IMG/VR virus record: IMGVR_UViG_3300025162_000019
Span: 74,826 to 138,825 of that record
Direction: 5' to 3' (one strand)
Source of the DNA: a virus
Taxonomy: Duplodnaviria; Heunggongvirae; Uroviricota; Caudoviricetes
Length of the DNA: 64,000 nucleotides
Shown: piece after piece, positions 8,673 to 17,355 of the stretch
How positions within the stretch are numbered: the stretch's first letter is position 1
How the letters are laid out: each line of letters begins with the position of its first letter
The notes under the pieces: generated by a model
Database searches by the model: none
Told to the model about the DNA's origin: nothing
The model's input: the letters and a program-made list of their open reading frames with translations, nothing else
Program-made: the position numbers and the translations under genes

Positions 8673-8833
8673 ATTATAGCAGGCCAAAGCTAGGTAAGGT
8701 AGATGAAAAAAGCTCTCCCTGTTCCAAAGTTTTAAATTACGGCAAACAATTTAAGACTAGTGGAGGAAACCGAGAGCTGGAGTCGGGTGGGGAATCCGAC
8801 TAATATTACCCTCTTATACGAAAGGATTATAGC

Positions 8834-8995
8834 ATGGAATTAATACTTTTTTTGATTTTGTTTCTTTGTAGTGGTGCCTTGTTAGCGTTAGTCACCATAG
8901 GTACGGGCTTTACTCTTCTATATGGTACACTTCGTATATTGGGCCATAGAGAGCCCTTAACACCTAAAAAAATATATGATATATTAGTGGGATAG
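8834..8995 (+). CDS. small membrane protein (53 aa)
   Basis: RBS AAAGGA; MELILFLILFLCSGALLALVTIG... Confidence 0.25.
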   Translation: MELILFLILFLCSGALLALVTIGTGFTLLYGTLRILGHREPLTPKKIYDILVG

Positions 8996-9005
8996 GAGAA
9001 TAGTG

Positions 9006-9179
9006 ATGAACGGATATATATGTTTATATAAAGGCAAGCAGTATCCGGTCTTTGCGGACACGACATTAAAGGCACAGACTAAGTTGGCAAAGGAACTTCG
9101 GGTTAAGAAGCAATATGAAATTTCCGTGTACCTAGCTGAAAAGGAAGGTGAACCAGTAACCATTGTAGCGGTAGATTAA
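9006..9179 (+). CDS. small hypothetical protein (57 aa)
   Basis: RBS GGGATAGGAG. Confidence 0.3.
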   Translation: MNGYICLYKGKQYPVFADTTLKAQTKLAKELRVKKQYEISVYLAEKEGEPVTIVAVD

Positions 9180-9180
9180 G

Positions 9181-9414
9181 ATGGGCCAGGCAAAACGAAA
9201 AAAGGAGCCAGGGCTAGTAAGCAAGAGATACCGATTTATGACCTTGCTTAAAATGATTAATCCGACCTATACAGAAGATGAAATAAAAATGTTTGCCAAT
9301 AGACGGTTTAATCCTGATGGTACTTGGAAAAGACGCCACTATATGGGGATCACAAACCTTTGGAAATGGAACCATCCCCCGCATACAAAAAGTTGTGGCA
9401 TTACATGGCCTTAG
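9181..9414 (+). CDS. hypothetical protein
   Basis: 77 aa ORF. Confidence 0.35.
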   Translation: MGQAKRKKEPGLVSKRYRFMTLLKMINPTYTEDEIKMFANRRFNPDGTWKRRHYMGITNLWKWNHPPHTKSCGITWP

Positions 9415-9440
9415 CTAACTACTTTATGAAAAATTAGCGC

Positions 9441-9469
9441 TTGACAAATGGTATAAGATGTGTTATAAT
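9441..9469 (+). promoter_or_regulatory. consensus sigma-70 promoter driving a non-coding transcript
   Basis: TTGACA-N17-TATAAT with TG; no ORF follows. Confidence 0.6.
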
Positions 9470-9478
9470 GTATTTTAA

Positions 9479-9526
9479 GAGTAGGGGAATGGTATAAAAT
9501 CCAAATGAGTGTCCATTCCCCTACTC
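9479..9526 (+). ncRNA. 5' hairpin of putative small RNA (14-bp perfect stem)
   Basis: GAGTAGGGGAATGG-20 nt-CCATTCCCCTACTC right after the predicted transcription start. Confidence 0.35.
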
Positions 9527-9779
9527 GCTTGTGAATGTTCTTTGGTAGAGGTCTGTATAGCTCAATCCTAGAGCCCGCCTATTGTAGGGCGGCGATGTAG
9601 GGAACCATGAAGGTGGGAATCATACTCCGACCAAATCCTACTATAGACCAAAGCCCTGATAACCGGGCGTAAGCCCTTGTAATGATTAAGAATATTGAAC
9701 GGGTTATAGACCGTAGTTCAAGCAGGGTGTAAGACCCACCAGAGTTTAGAACCCCTTCAATAACTTAAAAAAATAATAG

Positions 9780-9808
9780 TTGACAAATGGTACAAGTTGT
9801 GTTATAAT
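9780..9808 (+). promoter_or_regulatory. consensus sigma-70 promoter (near-duplicate of the one at 9441)
   Basis: TTGACAAATGGTA...TGTGTTATAAT. Confidence 0.6.
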
Positions 9809-10732
9809 GGTTTTAATGATGAGGGAGCAAAGACTATTGATGGTAAATATACATCAGCCCGTAGAGGGTTGTTTGAAATAGAGTAAACATAGTAGTTTCC
9901 GATTCATTGAAAAGAGTACTCATTAAGAATACCATATATAGGGTAGCTCCCGGCAAAGGTTAGTGATTAATGACTACTCACAACAATGTTAGGTTCTTTG
10001 AGAAAAATGTAGTATATCATATTGGTCATTGTCGTCTAACATAGGACGCGGTTTACCGTAATAAGGGTCTGGAATCCCTTCGGACTAGTAGCAAATATGA
10101 TATAAAAGAGATTGTAGCCGAAATAAAAGGCAGTCACTTGATTTTACGCAGAATAACGATGCTAAGCATTGGCTGGATCAATAGATACCCCAGTAAGGCC
10201 TTTGCGCCCCAAATGGTTAGGTAGTGAGATTGTACGGAATGTTCTTAGATCAATAAAAGCCTAAAATCACTCATGAGAAGTGTACTGGTCAGGCGACGAT
10301 GGGGAGTTATGACCCTTAGTAGACCTTGTAGGCATCATATAAAACCTACCAATCTCCACTACATTATTAAAAAGAGAAATAGGAATGTCTTTAGAAAGAA
10401 GCAGTAAGGGCCATATGGGCCCCCATCCTCAGTAAGTCTAAAGAGTTCCTAAAACCTAACTTCTCTAATGTCCAAGGTTTGGCCATTTCCACCTAGTAAA
10501 AATGGTCGTGAATATGGGGTGTAATAGATATAGACGGCGGACGAGCCTATGTGGCCGACTCCGTTCCTCTATACAAAAGACCCCAACAAAATACTGGGCC
10601 CGTCAAAGGGCTCAGCTAGATTAACCCATTGGATGAATAACCCCATGACCATTAATGGTTCGGGGCAAACAATCCATCGGGTTTTTCTCTGCGTCCGATA
10701 ACCGAGCGTAAGTACCTGTAATCATTGAGCTT

Positions 10733-10776
10733 CTTTGGTAATGAAATTTGCTTCGTTACCAAAGACCTTTTCCTTT
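10733..10776 (+). terminator. rho-independent terminator
   Basis: CTTTGGTAA-14 nt-TTACCAAAG then ACCTTTTCCTTT. Confidence 0.5.
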
Positions 10777-10901
10777 AGCCATCAGAAAATCTCGTAAAAG
10801 TTTATATCACTTACAAATGTGTAGTGTACAATCATACAATCATATGGTATAATCATACAAATATTATAAATAAGAATAAACAATATCAGGAGTTTACAAG
10901 A

Positions 10902-11057
10902 ATGGCAAAGAAACCAAAAGTAGTAGAACAAAAAGACTCGCCCTTGTGTTATACATTGAAGGACACTATAGACCCCACCTTATTATCTAAACTAACACTT
11001 GAAGTATCATCTCGACCTAAAAAAATAGTACCCAAAAAAGTTAAAGGATTACAATAG
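10902..11057 (+). CDS. small Lys-rich protein (51 aa)
   Basis: RBS CAGGAG then MAKKPKVVEQ... Confidence 0.3.
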   Translation: MAKKPKVVEQKDSPLCYTLKDTIDPTLLSKLTLEVSSRPKKIVPKKVKGLQ

Positions 11058-11475
11058 GTTACGCTCAGTTAATAGTCATCTTATTATACCACATTTTCAG
11101 GATTTTTGTCAAGGATTATTTTCTTCAATCATATCAGGTAGTTACGCTCGGTTAATGATGATACTCATTCCTATTATATCACATACTTACGAAAAAGTCA
11201 AGGATTTTCTTTTTTATTAATCATATCAAGGATTTACGAAAAATAGGAAAAAACAGAGTGTGTTTTGGCGCTAGCCAAGCTAAACCTTCTATCTAAAATC
11301 GAACAGTTGTCTTTTTAACAACAGTTCATTTGTAAGACAGACAAAGGAAACAATAAAAAGTAAAATAAAAAGACAGCTTTTGGCCCCCTAGCGAGATCAA
11401 CTTCATATATCGTCAAAATACTCTAAAATCGTAAGTATCTGATATAATAAGGAAAATCAATAAAAATCTTTCTAC

Positions 11476-11504
11476 TTGACAAATCTTATAAATAATGATA
11501 TACT
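11476..11504 (+). promoter_or_regulatory. sigma-70-type promoter
   Basis: TTGACA-N17-TATACT. Confidence 0.5.
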
Positions 11505-11514
11505 TATAATAATC

Positions 11515-11613
11515 AAGTGGAGGGAAAGGGTCAAAAGCTACAGCGTAAAATGGGGGCTAAGTGGAGGGAAAGGGTCAAAAGCTACAGCGTAAAATGGGGG
11601 CTAAGTGGAGGGA
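11515..11613 (+). repeat. 44-bp direct repeat x2.25 covering an RBS/start region
   Basis: AAGTGGAGGGAAAGGGTCAAAAGCTACAGCGTAAAATGGGGGCT twice, then a partial third copy. Confidence 0.8.
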
Positions 11614-11941
11614 TACCGAAAAGGAAGTAGTTGATTTAATAGAACAAATAAACAGATATATAAAGATTAAAAAGTATCTTAAAACTGGTTGGCAATGGAT
11701 AGCCACAGATAAGGTAGGTAATAAACAGACATTCCACAATCTAAGTAAGTTCTGTGAAAACAATAACTTACAAATGACTAATCTTATAAGAACACAAGAA
11801 GGTATGGAGAGAAAATGGCATAAGGGATATAGAGTGTCAAAGAGAGTATTAGAACAGGATAGTATTGATAAAATGGTTAAAATGTTAGAGAATATGGAAA
11901 AGAGATTTAATGAAATAGGCTTAAACTACAAGGAGTTATAA
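11594..11941 (+). CDS. hypothetical protein
   Basis: ATG inside second repeat copy; 115 aa. Confidence 0.4.
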   Translation: MGAKWRDTEKEVVDLIEQINRYIKIKKYLKTGWQWIATDKVGNKQTFHNLSKFCENNNLQMTNLIRTQEGMERKWHKGYRVSKRVLEQDSIDKMVKMLENMEKRFNEIGLNYKEL

Positions 11942-11942
11942 T

Positions 11943-12134
11943 ATGACAAAGACGATAGAAGAGATGATAAAAGAGAAGATAGATAAGGCTGTAGATAGTA
12001 AGATAGAAAAAATGATTGAAAAGATAGTGGATAGGATGATAAAAGAGAAGATAGCTAAGTTAATAAATGATGATAAAAATACATTGACTAAAAAGGATGA
12101 AGATGATATAATGAAAATGTTGGATGAAATATAA
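11943..12134 (+). CDS. small coiled-coil protein with KEKI repeats
   Basis: 63 aa. Confidence 0.35.
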   Translation: MTKTIEEMIKEKIDKAVDSKIEKMIEKIVDRMIKEKIAKLINDDKNTLTKKDEDDIMKMLDEI

Positions 12135-12338
12135 AGTGATAATGTGCGAGTTATCACCTATACAACGAGAGTGATAAGTCGGTATATATCACCCTATTCA
12201 TGGGGGTTCACAAGGTATATACCTCTGGGCGCTTACAAGTGTTAAATACATGCATAGAAAATCCCTGCCATCCCCCATGAATAAAGGATAGCAGAGGTCA
12301 TATTAATAATAATCTAAAATCTATACTCTGGCATCCTG

Positions 12339-12617
12339 TTATTCATAAGGGATTGCTAGAGTTATCTGTATTAAACACGATTCATCCAGTTCTCGTAAGT
12401 CTTGTTTAGTGTCAGGCCCCATAGGTTTAATATATAACCAACGCACAGGAACATCACCTTTAGAATATACATTATAATACTGACATACTACAAAAGGCCC
12501 TTGGCCATGTTCTTTAATAAAGGCAATCAGGTCTTTATCTTTTACAATCTTTTTTAGAACTTGTACATCCCACGCAAGTATATCACCTGGCTTGTAACTA
12601 TCTGTTTTAATTAGCAT
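12339..12617 (-). CDS. hypothetical protein
   Basis: 92 aa; last gene of minus-strand operon; 4-nt overlap with upstream gene. Confidence 0.45.
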   Translation of the reverse strand: MLIKTDSYKPGDILAWDVQVLKKIVKDKDLIAFIKEHGQGPFVVCQYYNVYSKGDVPVRWLYIKPMGPDTKQDLRELDESCLIQITLAIPYE

Positions 12618-12894
12618 ATCTTTCTTCTTCCGCCTTTTCTATTTGTTTTCTTAATAGTTCTATTGCTTCAACTCGACTTACTGGTTTACCTGTCCATTCA
12701 GCACTATATTCATCTATTAATTGCCTGTGATCTCTTTCCTTTTTCTCTTTCTCTTGTAGACCTAACTTAATGATTTCATTCATTATTTCCTCTGCAACCA
12801 TTTCGTAAGTTGCATCAGTATTTTTTGTAAGTATCTCATAATCATAATCTTTTAGTTTTTGTGCAATTATTGAAATTAGTTGCTCTTTTTTCAT
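12607..12894 (-). CDS. hypothetical protein
   Basis: 95 aa. Confidence 0.45.
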   Translation of the reverse strand: MKKEQLISIIAQKLKDYDYEILTKNTDATYEMVAEEIMNEIIKLGLQEKEKKERDHRQLIDEYSAEWTGKPVSRVEAIELLRKQIEKAEEERYAN

Positions 12895-13072
12895 GTCTTT
12901 ACCCCATATTTTATATTATAACACTATTTTACCACATTTTATTTTTTAAATCAAGTGAAAACATAATTTATTTTTGGCCTTGATAAATCTGCGAGCGTTG
13001 GCTATGTGGTTTGTGTCGGGTGGTGGAGATTTACTCTGCAATCCTGGTTCTGGTGTGGGAAGATATAATTCC

Positions 13073-13240
13073 ACATTCATTTTCACATTCATTTTCACAT
13101 TCATTTTCACATTCATTTTCACATTCATTTTCACATTCATTTTCACATTCATTTTCACATTCATTTTCACATTCATTTTCACATTCATTTTCACATTCAT
13201 TTTCACATTCATTTTCACATTCATTTTCACATTCATTTTC
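13073..13240. repeat. 12-bp tandem repeat ACATTCATTTTC x14
   Basis: perfect copies; generates artefactual repeat ORFs in three frames. Confidence 0.9.
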
Positions 13241-13261
13241 ACTTATTTTTGCGTCTGCATC

Positions 13262-13486
13262 CTATATTCTATCTATGTGTGAGCACCAACCAGGATCATA
13301 TGATCCTGTGCTTACATAGTAATGATAACATGGTCTTTTCACGTTCCAGTCACAGTTATGTGCATTACATGGGCGTTTTATTATCCAATCTTTAAATATA
13401 TTACTGTGAACATCTTGTAGGCTAAAACCATATTCAGCGTTTTGTATGTTTGTAAGTTTTTCTAAAAAGTTTGTATCGTCTATCAT
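13262..13486 (-). CDS. Cys-rich small protein, family member (truncated type)
   Basis: RPCNAHNCDW...RPCYHYY...GWCSHIDR motif shared with paralogues. Confidence 0.45.
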   Translation of the reverse strand: MIDDTNFLEKLTNIQNAEYGFSLQDVHSNIFKDWIIKRPCNAHNCDWNVKRPCYHYYVSTGSYDPGWCSHIDRI

Positions 13487-13776
13487 AATGGTTTCTCAAA
13501 TTCCTCTAAGATGTTTATTATACATATATTTTTAGGCTTAAATCTTTCTTTAAATCCGCACCAGCCCTTTGTACTATTAACAGAAAGTCTTATATAATGT
13601 TGAAAACATGGTCTACCATTTGCAAATGAGCAATAAGATTTTTCAGGATTTCCACATTCAGATTTTATAAACCATTCATCATACTCACCTTCATTATTTG
13701 TAAATGTATACCCTTCTTTTATCATCTGTTCTAAAGTTTTATAGTTGTCACCCATTTGTTCTTGTTGGCTTATCAT
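13483..13776 (-). CDS. Cys-rich small protein family member
   Basis: GY.F...W.IK.EC...C.FANGRPC...GWCGFKERFKKP; start overlaps upstream stop (ATGA). Confidence 0.5.
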   Translation of the reverse strand: MISQQEQMGDNYKTLEQMIKEGYTFTNNEGEYDEWFIKSECGNPEKSYCSFANGRPCFQHYIRLSVNSTKGWCGFKERFKPKNICIINILEEFEKPL

Positions 13777-14051
13777 ATTATGCTAAATTCCTTTAAAATA
13801 GAATATACATTTATTTCTGGTTTCTTAAATCTATCACTTATTCCACAATAACATGCTGGTTCGCGTTTTCCATCGACTAATATTTTCCAACCCATGCAAT
13901 CTGTTTGGTGATGCTGAAGAAAACATCGTGCACTACATGGGCTTTCTATATCTATAGACCAGTTATCTTTATCACAATAAGTATATCCGGCATTAATATA
14001 TTGCGTTAATAATTTAAAGTTATCTTCATATTGCTTTTGAATCATATGCAA
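13773..14051 (-). CDS. Cys-rich small protein family member
   Basis: diverged paralogue (CSARC...C.GW...CYCGISDRFKKPE). Confidence 0.45.
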   Translation of the reverse strand: MHMIQKQYEDNFKLLTQYINAGYTYCDKDNWSIDIESPCSARCFLQHHQTDCMGWKILVDGKREPACYCGISDRFKKPEINVYSILKEFSII

Positions 14052-14082
14052 ATTCTTCTATAACTATATATTTTTTATTTTT

Positions 14083-14307
14083 TTACACTTTTCCATATTC
14101 ATACCTTTTAACTTCAGTCCATTTAGCTTTAACTGGTGGATGTAACAAAGTATATATAGCATCTTCTGCTTCTTTTAGAGTTTCAAAAATATATACATCA
14201 CCTGATAGTTTTTCATAATTTCGCCAGTCCTCAAAAGTTATTGAATTATCGGAATACTTATATTGTATCATATATTTTCCTTCTTTTTCTAATATTCTAT
14301 ATGTCAT
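14083..14307 (-). CDS. hypothetical protein, paralogue of 15573-15803
   Basis: shared pattern RILE..KY.IQ...W....LKEA.DA....KWT.V. Confidence 0.45.
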   Translation of the reverse strand: MTYRILEKEGKYMIQYKYSDNSITFEDWRNYEKLSGDVYIFETLKEAEDAIYTLLHPPVKAKWTEVKRYEYGKV

Positions 14308-14482
14308 TATGGTTTCTAAATGCCTCCAATAGTCTTATTACAAATTGATTTTTATATTCATCTGTGCCTGTTATAACTACCTGTATTTCTATAACTTTTA
14401 CTAGTTCATGTGTTGTATTCCATCCATTGCCTATTAGTTTATCATTAATCTCACATTTTAGTTCTTTTATTGTATTACTCAT
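14297..14482 (-). CDS. hypothetical protein
   Basis: 61 aa, coupled. Confidence 0.4.
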   Translation of the reverse strand: MSNTIKELKCEINDKLIGNGWNTTHELVKVIEIQVVITGTDEYKNQFVIRLLEAFRNHNDI

Positions 14483-14772
14483 AGCTTATTAAACTCTCCT
14501 TGTATATCTAAGTCTATTTTAGATTCAGGCTTTTTGAATCTGTCTACATATGCACACCAGCCCATATCTCTTTGTACATCATTTATACAGTTATAGTAAC
14601 ATGGTCTGATTCTATTCCAACTACATTCTCTGCCTTTTAAATCACATGAGGCTTTTATAGTCCATTCATCTATTTTATAATCATCACAATAATCATCAAG
14701 TCTAAATTCATATCCTTCATTGTGTAGTTTTAGAAGTTTTATGTAGTTTGCGTCTTTTATTATTTCATTCAT
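14479..14772 (-). CDS. Cys-rich small protein family member
   Basis: ...CDLKGRECSWNRIRPCYYNC...GWCAYVDRFKKPE. Confidence 0.5.
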   Translation of the reverse strand: MNEIIKDANYIKLLKLHNEGYEFRLDDYCDDYKIDEWTIKASCDLKGRECSWNRIRPCYYNCINDVQRDMGWCAYVDRFKKPESKIDLDIQGEFNKL

Positions 14773-15062
14773 AGTTCTACATTAAACTCCTTTAGTATAT
14801 TAAAGTCTACATATCCTTTTGGCCTTATAAATCTGTCTTTAAATCCGCACCAACCTTTTACATCATCTGTAGGTACAAATATGTAATATTTATAGCATGA
14901 TCTGCCGTTTGCGAAGGCACATATAGATCCATCATCATTATCACACTCATATTTTATAGACCATGATTCTAATATATCTTTATCAGCTGTATTATATTTG
15001 AATCCATTAGCCATCATTTGCTTTAATATGTCTAAGTTTTTTATTTGCTCTGGGCTTTTCAT
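14769..15062 (-). CDS. Cys-rich small protein family member
   Basis: close paralogue of 13483-13776 (CAFANGRSC...GWCGFKDRF). Confidence 0.5.
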   Translation of the reverse strand: MKSPEQIKNLDILKQMMANGFKYNTADKDILESWSIKYECDNDDGSICAFANGRSCYKYYIFVPTDDVKGWCGFKDRFIRPKGYVDFNILKEFNVEL

Positions 15063-15304
15063 ATTGTTCTAAACAGTTCCCTTTCTATATTTGAAAATCT
15101 TATACAATCGTTAGGCTTGAATCTGTCTGTGAATGAGCACTTGCGATCATCTGTAAATATTTTAGACATAATCTTATAGTGATAACATTGATCATTGCTT
15201 GAGCAATAGCATATTGATTGTCTATCTGTCACATACCATGTCGAATCATCATTAAATGTATAGCCATCTTTCATCATTTGTTGTAACTTTTCTATGTATG
15301 TCAT
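15059..15304 (-). CDS. Cys-rich small protein family member
   Basis: GYTF...CYCSSNDQCYHY...CSFTDRFKPNDC. Confidence 0.45.
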   Translation of the reverse strand: MTYIEKLQQMMKDGYTFNDDSTWYVTDRQSICYCSSNDQCYHYKIMSKIFTDDRKCSFTDRFKPNDCIRFSNIERELFRTI

Positions 15305-15306
15305 TT

Positions 15307-15573
15307 CTATAATGTAAACAGTTCCTTATCCAATACTAATGTCTTTATACATTTAGGTTCTTTGAATGAACTGTGATATGAACATTGTGCTTCACCCCTA
15401 GATTCTGGAATGATTGAGTGTCTATAACATTGTGATTCATTACAATGACTAGTTAAACAATATTTTATTGTTGCTTCTTCATCAATATGCCATGAATCAT
15501 CACCCATAAACGTATAGCCATCTTTTTTACGTCCATCTAAAATTCTTCTATTAAAATCTTCAGATGTTACCAT
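15307..15573 (-). CDS. Cys-rich small protein family member
   Basis: GYTF...CLTSHCNESQCYRH...CSYHSSFKEPKC. Confidence 0.45.
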   Translation of the reverse strand: MVTSEDFNRRILDGRKKDGYTFMGDDSWHIDEEATIKYCLTSHCNESQCYRHSIIPESRGEAQCSYHSSFKEPKCIKTLVLDKELFTL

Positions 15574-15803
15574 TATCTTTCCTCAACAACTGTCCATTTG
15601 ATGGGTTTATTTCTTTTTATTATCAAGTCTAGTGCGTCTTGTGCTTCTTTAAGATATGCATAATATGTTATATAATATGTTATATAATATGTCGGCTCAC
15701 CATACATTGCTTTATATGCACCTTCATCAGTCCAGAAAAATAACAAAAATCTTCTTTGTATTTTATATCGGTTATCATATTCTAATATACGCCATTTCTT
15801 CAT
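15573..15803 (-). CDS. hypothetical protein, paralogue of 14083-14307
   Basis: contains YYITYYITYY from 12-bp microrepeat. Confidence 0.45.
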   Translation of the reverse strand: MKKWRILEYDNRYKIQRRFLLFFWTDEGAYKAMYGEPTYYITYYITYYAYLKEAQDALDLIIKRNKPIKWTVVEER

Positions 15804-15878
15804 ATTAAAAATAGTCCTTTCTTATTTTATTAGATATGATTATAACAGAAATGTAGATAAAAGTCAAGAAGAATATTT

Positions 15879-16259
15879 TTAGTTTAAGATGGTGAATTGA
15901 TCTAGTATGTCGATATGAAATGATTCAGCTTTTATAACATTTTCATTATATTCATCTAAGAACATAGTACATTCTGAAATAAATATATCAGCTTGTTCTT
16001 CAGTATCAAAGTTTAGAATGTTTAGTTTGTGTATGTCTAGTTCTATTACATATCTATTATCAGGTCTGTAAAATCTATGGTCATCTGGCATCACAACATC
16101 ACATGGTTGAAAAGTTATAGTATTATCTTTGTAGGCCCAACTCCAACTATGTTCTAAGTATGTTAGGTGTGGGTCAACATCTGTAACTCTAACTTCTACT
16201 TGCCACATTTTAAACATGTCCAGATATTCTTTAATGAACTCTATTTGTAATGGTATCAT
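15879..16259 (-). CDS. hypothetical protein
   Basis: 126 aa. Confidence 0.45.
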   Translation of the reverse strand: MIPLQIEFIKEYLDMFKMWQVEVRVTDVDPHLTYLEHSWSWAYKDNTITFQPCDVVMPDDHRFYRPDNRYVIELDIHKLNILNFDTEEQADIFISECTMFLDEYNENVIKAESFHIDILDQFTILN

Positions 16260-16891
16260 ATATCATCCTTTGTGAATTCATCTAAGATATATAGCATTTT
16301 CTCAAGTTCATTAGTTTCTTTAAGTTTACCTAATATACTTTCAAAATCAAAGTTAGACCATTTATGATGTTCGATTCTTTCACTTTCTGGAAAGTATCTA
16401 GGTGCAAAAAAGCTTGGTATAATATATGGCTCGTTACTTGGATAGTTATTAGTAGGTAAATATTGTCTTTGCCAGTTTGATATAGGCATTTGGTATTGCA
16501 TTGCACTTGATGGTGTAGTATAAGTTGCTGCTGCTGTTGATGTAGTTGCATAACTACTCCAGTTATATCCTGATGGTATTGTAGTTGATGTATAATTTAA
16601 TGTGCTCATATTTCTTTCATAATGTAATGCAAGTTCATTTAACCGTTCTTGTAGTATAGTAGAATTATCTCTAGTCATATTATGCGATAGTGCAACAAAT
16701 TTATATGTCAGTTTTTTTGTTAGTTCAAGCATTATTTCATTAGTTAAAGATTTTGTTATATAATATCTGTGCAATATACCTTCATACATTTCAGTAAGGT
16801 CATATTCATCATGGCATTTAAGCTTTAACATAGAACTAAATTCATTTATAAATCCAAGTTCATATACTGATAAGTTAGACATTTTTAGCAT
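16256..16891 (-). CDS. hypothetical protein with S/T/Y-rich linker
   Basis: 211 aa. Confidence 0.45.
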   Translation of the reverse strand: MLKMSNLSVYELGFINEFSSMLKLKCHDEYDLTEMYEGILHRYYITKSLTNEIMLELTKKLTYKFVALSHNMTRDNSTILQERLNELALHYERNMSTLNYTSTTIPSGYNWSSYATTSTAAATYTTPSSAMQYQMPISNWQRQYLPTNNYPSNEPYIIPSFFAPRYFPESERIEHHKWSNFDFESILGKLKETNELEKMLYILDEFTKDDI

Positions 16892-17082
16892 TTATAAGTA
16901 TTTATTTCCCCGTTAATCTCTGCAATGTCACGCTCTAAATCTCTCTGAACAAATCTATAAGTTACATTAGATATATCTGTAGTTGGTTTAGTTGAGTTAG
17001 CTAAAAAGTTAGATATGTTTGTATGTTCAGCAGTTGTATGTTCTAACATTTCATATAACACTTCAAGTTTAATACATTTCAT
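16885..17082 (-). CDS. hypothetical protein (first gene of minus-strand operon)
   Basis: RBS TAGGAGATAAG; promoter upstream. Confidence 0.4.
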   Translation of the reverse strand: MKCIKLEVLYEMLEHTTAEHTNISNFLANSTKPTTDISNVTYRFVQRDLERDIAEINGEINTYKC

Positions 17083-17111
17083 TTACTTATCTCCTATACT
17101 TTTTATTTCAT

Positions 17112-17150
17112 TATAACACACACATTTCAAAATGTAAACATAAACACATA
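17112..17150 (-). promoter_or_regulatory. promoter of minus-strand operon (approximate coordinates)
   Basis: minus strand reads TTTACA-N16/17-TGTGTTATAAT then RBS and ATG of 16885-17082. Confidence 0.45.
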
Positions 17151-17355
17151 GAAGGATTTTATATATGTTAGGGGTGAAAGATAAGTCAATCAAACCATAG
17201 TCTAAAGTTCTGTGTCTGTAAGGTAAAATAGTAGTCATTTTATCATATAGAATAAGAGAAATACAACAGTTTTTATTAGAAATGTATAGAATCAAAATAT
17301 ACAATTCATATGAAATAGTATAAATAATAATATATAATTTTAAGGAGTATATTAG

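Larger units (their letters stand above)
9470..10780 (+). ncRNA. ~1.3 kb ORF-free, higher-GC, structured region fed by two consensus promoters; candidate ncRNA locus
   Basis: no ORF of 60 aa or more on either strand; many local hairpins; bounded by terminator at 10733. Confidence 0.3.

Noticed and set aside
9551-9640. tRNA gene (a D-arm-like and an anticodon-arm-like hairpin with loop ATTGTAG)
   Set aside because: No canonical T-arm (no GTTCRA loop), acceptor stem does not close, and position 8 is not T in the best registration. Left as part of the ncRNA candidate pending tRNAscan.
13073-13240. Possible CRISPR array
   Set aside because: Units are 12 bp and directly abutting with no spacers. 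This is a simple tandem repeat, not repeat-spacer architecture. No cas genes are present.
12946-13319. ORFs reading through the 12-bp tandem repeat (MKMNVK..., FIFTFIFT..., HSFSHSFS...)
   Set aside because: All three frames are open only because of the perfect repeat, and no RBS is present. Treated as translation artefacts of the repeat array.
17083-17304. 73-aa minus-strand ORF
   Set aside because: It lies in the divergent promoter region between the minus operon and gene 17356, upstream of the operon promoter, with no RBS.
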